Shown here one piece after another: positions 46,399 through 56,194 of a DNA stretch of 56,194 nucleotides. The DNA is from Trypethelium eluteriae. Lineage: Eukaryota. Below the pieces are notes generated by a model, which saw nothing but the letters and a program-made list of their open reading frames with translations, did not search any database and was not told the DNA's origin. Both the position numbers and the translations under genes were made by a program. How positions within the stretch are numbered: the stretch's first letter is position 1; each line of letters starts with the position of its first letter. The DNA is taken from the NCBI GenBank assembly GCA_051942245.1, contig JAVECL010000092.1, forward strand, positions 1 through 56,194. The letters are read 5' to 3'.

Positions 46399-47415
46399 TT
46401 ATGTCGTGTTCAATTTGAGCAGCCACCAATCGCCAAGGCGGTTATTGTCCTCGTTGAGGCCACCTTGAATGAGCACCGTATCATCTGCGCATGCCACAGC
46501 ACCAAGCCAACCTCGAGCCGAAGGCTTATGTTCGTCGCTACAGTCCAATTCTGACCAGTCTGACTTCTCAATGTCGAACACCCAGGTATCTTTCAGAAAT
46601 TTCCCTGCACCTTCATGGCCGATCTTGCTCGGATCGGCTTCGCCAAAGGCATATACAAGGTATTGACGCTCGCCAACTAATACAGCCGTGAGAACAGCGA
46701 CACTCCTTGCAATAGGCCCATTTGCATAGTTAATGGACGTCCATGAGTTTTGCGAGATATCATAGATGTCGATGATCCCTCCGATCTCCTGCTTGCCATC
46801 GAAACCACCAATGCGAAAAAGCTTGGTTTCGTCCCGTGAGGCAATCAGCGATGTGCCTCCGCGCTCCTTGCCTGGTGCATTCGCAAGCTCTTTCCACATC
46901 TTCGTCGTAAGATCAAAAGCCCAAAGATCATTGTAGCGACCCCCGTCTGCAGCACATCCGGCATGGAGAAATAGATGCCCTGCTGCAGCTGTCATGACAT
47001 GATACGATCTTGGCTGGGGCACAGGCGACCTATCTGCAGGCACCACTGTGTGCCAAGACGTTCCATCGAACTCGTGAATGGTGCTGTCGATTGGCTTAAA
47101 TTCTTTGCCTGCTCTGCCAGAGACTAGATAGACCTTTCCGTTTGAAGCCGCCGACGCCGCCCCAACTCGAGGTGATGGTGATGCATTGTCACGGGCAATT
47201 CTTTGATACACAGCGCTAGTGTTGTCCTGGACCGAGGACGGCAGTCGGATGAAATGGACATCAGACTGTACTGGCTCCCGAGGCTTCAATTCTCCCGAGA
47301 AAACGATCGCTGTGCCTTCTTCAGGGGACGCGATCGTTTGAGAGGAGACGGGTAAAATTTCCAATGATAATTGGGTCCATGTACCGCGAAGTCGTTTGCG
47401 TCCCATAGTGCCCAT
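46399..47415 (-). CDS. Kelch-repeat beta-propeller protein (nitrile-specifier-protein-like)
   Basis: Kelch units PSPRVGA, PRSYH, RGGT-GGFDG, ARSVA, GEADPS..GHEGAGKF and ARGW. Start may be 47406, 47415 or 47520. Confidence 0.82.
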   Translation of the reverse strand: MGTMGRKRLRGTWTQLSLEILPVSSQTIASPEEGTAIVFSGELKPREPVQSDVHFIRLPSSVQDNTSAVYQRIARDNASPSPRVGAASAASNGKVYLVSGRAGKEFKPIDSTIHEFDGTSWHTVVPADRSPVPQPRSYHVMTAAAGHLFLHAGCAADGGRYNDLWAFDLTTKMWKELANAPGKERGGTSLIASRDETKLFRIGGFDGKQEIGGIIDIYDISQNSWTSINYANGPIARSVAVLTAVLVGERQYLVYAFGEADPSKIGHEGAGKFLKDTWVFDIEKSDWSELDCSDEHKPSARGWLGAVACADDTVLIQGGLNEDNNRLGDWWLLKLNTT

Positions 47416-47871
47416 GAGTGTGGGTAAAATAAAGACTGTAGTGAAGACGGCATACGTGAGGTCACTCCCATGCTCGGCAGCTAGGTCGAGATCCCGAGAG
47501 AGGATCGTGTAACCTGACATCTAATTTTTGACGACATAACGGAAGTCTGGCGTAGTCGTGCGCCTGGGTATGGATCGTAATTTTCCCATTCTTTGACTAC
47601 TTCTTCCTTGAATTTATGTATTAGTAACATGCTTGGCTTTGATACACTGACATGTAGATCTGCTGGACCAAAATCCATCAGTATCGATAGAGGAATTATT
47701 CAGAACGTCGATGTTGTACACTCCCATAGAAGCCTCTTCTCAGGTACATGCGTGTCGACAAACTCCCGGGCCGTTTCAAAGAGTAGCCTGAACGCCATAG
47801 AGCAACCCTACGTAGCACATACCCAACCTATCATTAAAAGACCACATCATCCAGCTCGCACACCTCATCTT

Positions 47872-50216
47872 CTACACTCCACTCCGGTACACCTGAGCAC
47901 CTCCATGCCTAATCTGCACCGTCTCCCTCCTCTGCAACACCACCAACGCCCGGTTCAAGCTCGCCTCACTATACCCTCTCCCCTCCACAAACTCTCTCCT
48001 CAACGTGCCCAAACTCGTGCTCCATCCAATCGGCAGCCTCCTCCTCAGCTCCTCCTCCACACGACCCGTCTCCTCCGTCAACTCCCGGTTGCCGCCTACG
48101 CCCGCACCCTCCGCGCCCTGCGACACTGCGTCCATGGTGGACGCGAGGAAGAGGCGGATCGCCTCGTCGACGTGAGACTCGTCCGCATAGGGTTGGAGGC
48201 GGAGCTTCGCGAGGGACTCGGCAATACGAGTGATGGCTTCGAGTTGGCGGATGGTGATGGGGATGGACGAGCGCGCTTGGGATGTGAGCTCTGCGGCGTG
48301 GAGTTGGCGGCGGAGGGAGACGAAGTGGGAGGAGAGCTTTTCGGCGGCTGGGGCAGAGAGGCGGGGGGCACAGCGTCTGGATTTTCGTTAGCATGGAAGT
48401 TTCGGTAAAGCTGGAGAAGGTGCTTGCGAGAGTGGGAGACGTACGATTTGCAGTAACTTATATAACGTTTCATCTTCTCCACGGGAATTTCGGCTTGTAC
48501 TTGCTCTTCGACCCCTCGGCCACCCATGTGGATGCCCATGACGTGCTTGGCGATTCGTTCGTCGCGGCCGCGCTCGTGTTCATCACGGACAATGAAGATC
48601 ATGTCGAACCTTGACAGGATGGTAGTTTGGAAGTCGATATTCTCACCAGGAGTCTTGAGGTCGTCGTAACGTCCAAAAATCGGGTTCGCAGCAGCCAACA
48701 CGGACGTTCTCGCGTTGAGAATCGTTGTAATACCAGCCTTAGCTATGGAAATTGTTTGTTGCTCCATGGCTTCGTGGATGGCGACACGATCTTCGTCTCT
48801 CATCTTGTCAAACTCGTCTATGCAGACCACACCCCCGTCTGCAAGTACCATGGCACCTCCTTCAAGATAAAATTCACGAGTATTCGTGTCTCGCTGGACT
48901 GAGGCCGTCAGACCAGCTGCTGATGATCCCTTGCCAGAAGTGTATATCGCGATTGGCGAAACTTTTTCAACGAATTTCAGAAGCTGGGATTTGGCCGTCC
49001 CGGGGTCACCGAGGAGAAGAACATTAATATCACCACGAAGCTTCATGCCATCCGGAAGAATTTTCTTGGATCCACCCATGAGAAGACATGCGATCGCTTT
49101 CTTGATATCACGGTTTCCGTAGATCGATGGCGCAATGCAATTTGCAAAGACTTCGTAGAGGTCCGGCCGTCTGCTCATTTCAAGAAACTCTTGCTCCTCC
49201 TCTTCGGTGAACATTGAATTCCCCTTCATGGAGTGGTCCACGTCAGTTTGGATACCCACGGCTCGCATGTAAGGGTTGCGAATGGCCGCAGCCGCGCCAC
49301 TAGATGACTTCCCACCCTTGGATTGGTAAATGGAGAAAACCCCCATTACTGTGCACCGTGAACCAGGTACGACTCGGTTTGTAAGGTACCGATCAGCAGA
49401 TATGAGAATGTGGCGTGGCAATTCGCCTACGGGTATGTCGTCAGGCGCTTCCTGAAGTTTGAGAACTTGCTGGTCGATGAACTGGCATTTTTCGTGGATA
49501 ACATAATATGGATCTAGAGGACATTTCTCACTGTCTTCATTTGGCATTCGCTCTCGTCCGCACGTTCTAGGTAATGAAACGCCCGAGAAACCTCCTGTAA
49601 CATCAATCGCATCGGTGTATTGGCAACTTCGACATTGAATTGCAAGTTTTGTGGCTTTGGACGACAGTGTAGAGGCACCGATGACGATTCCTGGTATGCG
49701 CACAAGATGGGAGACGCTTGTTGCTGTTAAGCCGCGGATAGAAGTTTGAGAGGCGGTGGAATGTAGGAGAAGCTGGTGGTCAGGAAGCTCAATACTCTTG
49801 TTCGATGGGAAAACTATTCTATGAGTGCATTCTTTCAGAGCGTTCTCGAACTACAGGAATATTTAGCGCAGGGCATAATTCCGGGATCAAATGCCTACAA
49901 GTGGAATTATTTCAGCCGGCTCGTTGTTGAGTCGATGTGCAAGTTCCTCATTGTAGGATATCAGGTGAGCAATATCAACATCACAGTAGTATTGTTTGAC
50001 AAGAACATTTTCTCGAATTTGATCCCTGTGGGAGTGTGAGAATATGGCTAAGTATATGAGCTGGATGGGTATATACCGGTATAAGAAAACATTGTCGAGA
50101 TGGAATTCAAGGATGAAATCAATGAGCGCTCGTTGTATGGACCCACGGGTATCTGGGCCAGTGGCACTGCGATCTTCGCCAAAGAGGCTAAGAGAGAATA
50201 CTGATTGACGATCCAT
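47872..50216 (-). CDS. MCM5: Replicative helicase subunit Mcm5
   Basis: MDRQSVFSL start, zinc finger CRSC...C...[22 protein letters not shown] and SRFD. Three introns, last exon ends ...QVYRSGV*. Confidence 0.95.
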
Positions 50217-50299
50217 CGCTAATACTTAGGAGTCGGGTTGTGGTTGTGGAGGAGGTTCTTGATGGAGAGCTTGAGGTGGAGAAATCGTATCCATGGACG

Positions 50300-50323
50300 A
50301 CGCGTTCTTTTGGGCCGACGCGT
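50300..50323. promoter_or_regulatory. Two MCB elements (ACGCGT) upstream of MCM5
   Basis: ACGCGT at 50300-05 and 50318-23, about 85-105 nt upstream of the MCM5 ATG. Consistent with MBF-type G1/S control of replication genes. Confidence 0.6.
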
Positions 50324-50651
50324 TGGTAGCGTGGGGTTCGCGTTAAGTGCTTGCATTAAGGTGTTTGCAGTTTCGTCAAACAGAGCGGAGTGATAGGGAT
50401 TGACCGCCGAGGCGTCCTAGAGTTTCTGCGTGTTAACAAAGCTTAATTAACCCTCGACGAGACCACGACGGCTTCCGGACACTTGCTTCTACGATTACCA
50501 ATTCAAGGAAGGCACTTGTCCGTGTCTATCTTTGTTATTTTCAACCTCACCAGATTCTACGATGAGGATACTGTTGCGATCATATTCCCTTCCCGCATGA
50601 AGACACTTTCCTCATGCCTCCAGCTCGCTATCTCATGCTCTCGGCGAGATT

Positions 50652-53600
50652 ATGGCCTCTCCGACCCAAAGGCCGATCCGTGACGTTGGATCTCCTCAGT
50701 CCTCGACATCTCTGCAGCCAGAACATAGCTTCTTCGATGAACGCTCTCGCCGATCTAGCTCCGCTCACAGATCCCGACCTCGGCGGGGTTCCGCAGCGAG
50801 TGCAATCTCTGTCGCCTCAATCGGAGGCTCGTTGGACATATCGGCGCAGAATAGAAGTGGTACGGTCAGAGAAGCTGGACAGAATGGTATAACTCTCCCT
50901 ATTGAAAAGCACCGGGTGGCTGGTTAGCAAAGCTGTGGAACCAACGATAAGATATTCCAAAAGAAGCAGCTCGTCATGTTTTCTAGGCAGCACTTATGCC
51001 AAGTCTTGTTTTCATATCTTCGGACTGCCTTTCTATCTGCTGTCTCAAAACCTTATGATGAATGGAAAACGTTCGGGATCAGGTCTCATTAAAGCATTGC
51101 ATGGTTCACAGATTTTGCTGGCTTCTGCCGGACGATATGCCGTAGCGACACTGCTGACAACTCTCTCAGCGATTTCAACACTGCTCCAAACACCAATAGT
51201 ACGGACCGGACTAGCTCCGTATCCTTCAGCCTTAGCTTCGTCAGCACAGAAGCAGCCGACAACCAAAGACATACCCCCCGTTACACTTACCAATATCCCT
51301 GATATCGACACTTCGACTCTGACGAACTATCTTTCGCAAGTGGGTCCACTGTATCAAGCATTTCAGAGATCAAAATCAGAGCCGGGTGGAGGACCAAGTC
51401 TGTTTCGCAAGGACAAAGAAGCCGAAAAAAGGGACGAATTCGTAGAGCTTCTAGAAAAGGGTCTACGGAAAAACTCGCAGCCGCCAGCCGTTGCTGGTAG
51501 ACAAAATTCGTTTGCGCCGGCTTCGCCATCGGATTCTCCCCAAAGTAGACGGCGATCAAGCCCGAACCCGAAACGCAATCCGTTGGCAGTAGCGCCTCTT
51601 TCAACTATACCAAATGTCTATTTTGAAGAGAATTTCCATCTCGAGAATCCCCGCACGTTTGACATCGTCAGCGAGAGATCCGAAGTTATTCGACAGCCTG
51701 AGAAGCCTACTGCCAATGGCTCTGCACAGGTCGGCCGGAAAGCACTCGCGACGAATGCTATCTTGCAGGAAAAGCTCTCATGGTACATGGATACCGTCGA
51801 AGTTCACTTGATTGGCGCCATATCTACTGCATCCACGTCTTTTTTCGCTGCGTTAGGATCTCTTCGAGAACTACAGCAGGAGGCTGCAGATTCTGTGGGA
51901 AAGATCCAGGAGCTCCGGGGTGATCTTCAACGGTTGGACAAAGAGATGGCTTTGGGCGGGCTGAATGTCGTAGCAATGCGCCAGAAGCGAGAAAATCTGA
52001 GAAAACTAGGCCAGGCTACGAAACAACTTCAACAGACTGTTGATGATGTACAAGTAGCAGAGGACTTAATCCACGAAGGCCAATTGGACATGGCATTGGC
52101 ACAAATCAAAGGAACGGAGAAACTCATGGCTGGTGGCATAGATCCAGATGATGACGCTCCAAGACAACCGAGCGGGCCATCCTCTCTTCTTGATTTACGC
52201 GGTATGAAAGCTCTGGATACTGTGAAACGTGCTTTAGATTCCTTGAGATATCGAGCCGGCAAAGGATTTGAAGACCGTTTCCTTGATGCGCTACTTACAG
52301 ATCTTCGGTCACACGTTGAATCGGTACCACACAGCGAGACACTGCAAAGATGGGCTGCTGCGTCCCAGAGGAGTCGTGGAGATGGCATCAAGCCGCCTTC
52401 GATGCCCAGATATATGGCCCCGAACGAGGAATTGCGGACCAATCTCAAGCTAGCTTTGGACGGACTTGCAAAATCAAGACAGACTAGCGCAGCGACTACT
52501 GCATTGCGTGATGCCATTATGCGAGAGATGAAAGCACTCATTCGCAAACACCTTCCTAGCTCTTCTGATGACGATAATGAGTCTGTAACCTCAACTTCAA
52601 CAAGAGGTGGCCGTCATATGACACAGTCTGACAAGTCGACAATACTTGCTAGGAACCTACGTGCACTTGATCAAGACGATGCCGAAGAACTCTTTGTTAA
52701 TGTATACACCGCCGTGAGTGAGGGTCTGAGGCGACTAGGCGTTCAAGTTAAGATATTACTGGATGTTACAAGTGACATCGGTAGTCCACCTCCCACTGCG
52801 CCGCTGAAATCACCTATCGCAAGCCCAAGCATGTCTTCAATGGAGGAGCAGCTGAAGAGTCCAGGTACTCCAGTCTCTCGTCGAAGACTGCTCCAGGAGG
52901 AGCTGAACCAAGCTCTTGATATGTCAAGTCTTCTAGGCCAGGCGGTAGATGTGGCCCAAGCGCAGATCACCAAAGTCCTAAAGGTGCGGACAGAACAGAG
53001 TACCCGCTTACCTTTGGAACGCTTCTTGAGGTACTTCACCATCAATCGGCTTTTTGCCGATGAATGTGAGGCTGTTTCTGGACGTTCCGGTGCATCTTTG
53101 AAAGGTGCGATCAACCAGCAAATCGATAGCTTCATCCAGATATTCTCCGATGCAGAAAGGCAGCGTATCGCAACGAGTTTAGATTCAGACCGTTGGGATG
53201 CAGTCGATTTCGGTGCGGAAGACGAAGTCATACTTAGCCGCATATTGCAGGGCATGACTGGCGATCCACCAGCTTGGATCAAAGGCCGCATGGTCTGGGA
53301 AGGGGCAGGAGCCTCGCAAGCGAATGGCAGTGTTCCCGAGCCTCCAGAGACCAATGGCAATGGAAAGGAAAAGGTGCGCAGTGCGACTATAGATGAACAG
53401 AAGTATCTCTTAGTTGTCTCAGTCAAGACTCTTCTCCGAGGTCTTCAGAACTTCCAGATTTTCATTGCCTGCGTCCCAGGAATGACCACGGATATATCCA
53501 CTGCTATGCTTGATTACCTGAAGCTCTTCAACTCTCGGACAACACAGCTTATCCTTGGAGCTGGTGCAACTCGAAGTGCTGGCCTCAAGAACATTACCAC

Positions 53601-54243
53601 GAAACATCTCGCTCTCGCCTCGCAAGCTTTATCTTTCCTTATAACACTAATACCATACATACGCGAATTTGTCCGTCGACATTCTCCGTCTCCTGGAAAT
53701 CTGCTTCCCGAATTCGACAAATTAAAACGCTCCTTACAAGATCATCAGTCTGGAATCCATGACAAGCTCATCGAGATCATGAGTGGAAGAGCGTCATTCC
53801 ATATCAAAGCGATGCAAAAAATCGATTTTGACGAAGTGGGGAAACTAAACCAGGACGAGGCCAGCTCTTACATGGACACCCTGACAAAAGACACGAATAC
53901 TCTTCATCGAGTTTTGAAGCGGCATTTGCCAGAGCTCGCTGTTCAGATGATCATGAACCCAGTTTTCGAGAGCTATAGAGAGCAGTGGAGCGATGCTTTT
54001 CGTGATACCCGCGTTACGACACCAGCGGGTAAAGAGAGGTTTGTATAAATTGTATAGATGTTCTGGTGGCGCCAGCTAATTTGGACATGTAGGTTACTGC
54101 GAGATGCAGAACTTTTTGAAACGAAACTCAACAAGATTGATGGCTTTGGCGACATCGGCACCAAAATCATTGATATTGTCAAGAGGAAGCCCGTGGGGAG
54201 CTCAGAACCTTCGAAGCCAGACTCACCAGCCGAAGAAAAATAG
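50652..54243 (+). CDS. VPS54: GARP complex subunit Vps54
   Basis: Intron 50887-51169 yields GQNAISTLLQ. Motifs LQEKLSWYMDTVEVHL, SFFAALGSL and LGAGATRSAGLKNITTKHLALASQ. Final intron near 54039-54092. Confidence 0.92.
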
Positions 54244-54882
54244 CGACGTCGCTTGAAAGGTCATTTATTGGCTACCAACATAATAATTGTTATTGTAAAG
54301 ATTTCCGTTCCTGCATCGCGATCGGCGCTTTATGAGCATTTACAGGCGTTATTTCTCCTTGCTTTTGGATTAGATGTGTATGTGTATCAATGAGGCCCAC
54401 TTGTGCCACTTCAAGAAACTCCGTAACTGAACGAGAATGTCACCACATTCGTCATTGCTGATCTTTACCGTGCAGACCTTTGCTATTGCAATCTCAAAGA
54501 AGTGATACTAACGTGGGACGAATAAGCGAGCAAAAAGGCATCGTAAAGACGGAAAGGTGTTCAAGTCCTTTGTTCCAAAACAATGCATTATCCTACTTAC
54601 CCCACCACAAAGCGTCTTTATCCTGATACATACTTATCCGCAATCGTTCTCTCGTTCCTGAGCTTCTCTCCTCGTACCCTTCTGCAATTCTGAGCGACCT
54701 GGACCGTGATCGAACAGCATATTCTGATACTTGTAGCTGGTCTGCACATATCAGTGGTTTTTGACTAATAATTCTGCTGATAGTCATCGTAACCAGGGCT
54801 GGTCCCATTAAGCTGTCCGTCACGATACAGGTCCCCCAGAATTGCAAATTTACTTGGACCTGCGCAAGAAGGTAAGAATTCC

Positions 54883-56194
54883 ATGCTGACGAAGATGACG
54901 TCGAGTACGACTACCGCGCAGATTACACTCCAGCTCCCAAAACTCACGAATCGCTCCCTGGAGGACTGTTCTGAGGATGTAACGGCAGCACGATGGCCTC
55001 AAACTGCTATTTTCAACAGATGCCCGTCTGGCACGGAGACATACAGCAGAATGGGATGCGAAACAACGGATGCGAGGTCGGGTACAAACTTGCCTAACTC
55101 CAGGAACTCAGGCTGGGAGACTTTCGGTGTTCCCCTCCACCTCCCACGTTCCTGCAGCGCCAGCGCGTTTCCCTCTTGGCCTCCTCGCATTGCCTCGCAG
55201 GATTCTCTGAGGCCTTTGGAGAGTCACTCGGTGAGTCATCCAATGACAGTGAAAGGTACTTTGGACCGCATGGAGAGTGGCATCTCCAGCTCCTTGCTCG
55301 AGCAGCTTCCCGGACATCCTTCAGCCCGTGCATTCATGAGACGGCTTGAGGCGTGGGAACGTTCGGCTGAAAAGACAACTATTGCAGAGGCCGCAGCGAA
55401 AGAGGAAGCCAAGGATCGGCAAATTGCGGGTCGCATCCGTGCAAGGAGAGGAGAGCTTCCTGGAGAAGTGCACGGGTCGGAGAACAATGATGCTCAGGCC
55501 ATGGAAAGGGGCGAGTCAAAGGCAAATGTTCGCTGGGCGCCATCGCCGAAGCGTCCGCGGGAGCAATACCGTGCAATGATGAATACTGGTAAGGGAAAGG
55601 CGGTAAGTCCCTATCCTAAGTCTGATATACTGACATCAGGATACTGCGAAAAGGAGTCTGTCCCCCATAACCTCTTGAGGTCAACGGCCTCATCTAAATC
55701 ATCGTGCCGCCCTATGCAATCCTTTCCAAAGGTCGCTCGGCCCGTTGCGCCTATTCTCAACCAACAGCCCTCAGGAATGTCCCTCTTCCCTCGCCACTCG
55801 GAAACTAACCCCGAAACTCCAGTATTCTCCGCATTGCATCCCTCACTCTGCAGTCCTGTGCCAAGCCCGATTCTTGAGGTCCCAGCCGAGGACCCGGTAA
55901 GTACACAAGAGCCCGGAGAAACAAACATAACCTTCTTCCAGCAATACGAAACCGTCGCCCAATCTTTCGCTCTGGACTCCCCCCGCGACCCCATCGACCG
56001 TTCCGTCTCCGACTCGCCCTGCTCCATCCTCTCCGAAGCCACAAACTACGACCCCTCCGACTGCAAACGCAACTGCGACAACTGCGGTGACCTGGGCGTC
56101 TCCTACCAACTCGGCCCCTGTCTCTGCGACCACTGCCGACCCAACGACTCCGCCCAACCCTCCTCCTCCTCCTCCACCCGCCGACCCCGCGCCG
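54883..56194 (+). CDS. Uncharacterised Ser/Pro-rich protein, 3'-truncated by the window edge
   Basis: Frame 1 is open from 54793 to the edge (over 430 codons from ATG 54883). Cys cluster CKRNCDNC...CLCDHC near the end. Start uncertain. Confidence 0.6.
   Translation, partial: MLTKMTSSTTTAQITLQLPKLTNRSLEDCSEDVTAARWPQTAIFNRCPSGTETYSRMGCETTDARSGTNLPNSRNSGWETFGVPLHLPRSCSASAFPSWPPRIASQDSLRPLESHSVSHPMTVKGTLDRMESGISSSLLEQLPGHPSARAFMRRLEAWERSAEKTTIAEAAAKEEAKDRQIAGRIRARRGELPGEVHGSENNDAQAMERGESKANVRWAPSPKRPREQYRAMMNTGKGKAVSPYPKSDILTSGYCEKESVPHNLLRSTASSKSSCRPMQSFPKVARPVAPILNQQPSGMSLFPRHSETNPETPVFSALHPSLCSPVPSPILEVPAEDPVSTQEPGETNITFFQQYETVAQSFALDSPRDPIDRSVSDSPCSILSEATNYDPSDCKRNCDNCGDLGVSYQLGPCLCDHCRPNDSAQPSSSSSTRRPRA

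Noticed and set aside
40632..48408. Long ORFs antisense to or beside SQT1 and MCM5 (40632-41300, 47593-48408) and similar shadows elsewhere
   Set aside because: Explained largely by GC-rich codon usage of the real genes on the opposite strand.
50902..51169. N-terminal extension of the 1048-aa Vps54 ORF in the track
   Set aside because: It is intron read-through from a non-ATG start. Splicing from the upstream exon restores GQNAISTLLQ.

Overview
Gene-dense, intron-containing DNA from a filamentous ascomycete (Pezizomycotina), with GT-AG introns mostly 45-100 nt and CTRAC-type branch points. Recognisable housekeeping genes are CUT9/CDC16 (partial), FAL1/eIF4A-III, PRP9, SYF2, a COQ11-like SDR, YAF9, SQT1, a CCDC97-like gene, MCM5 and VPS54. 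They surround accessory blocks. The main block (about 8-26 kb) holds a flavin-reductase-like gene and an A-T-R NRPS-like carboxylic acid reductase. It then has an ~8 kb segment bracketed by two same-orientation copies of a ~182-bp TA-flanked MITE whose differences look RIP-like. That segment carries a second MITE family, an apparently intact 8-exon fungal NLR-type gene (alpha/beta-hydrolase - NB-ARC - TPR) and a DUF6601-like membrane protein. Just outside it lies a 3-exon, 82-aa putative tail-anchored microprotein gene that the ORF track misses, followed by a divergent lactonase / sugar-porter pair. A second accessory block (32-40 kb) has a PTH11-like membrane protein, a cytochrome P450 and an FAD oxidoreductase. 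I saw no tRNA, rRNA, CRISPR array or transposase. All gene models were spliced by eye and family calls come from motif recognition, not database searches.
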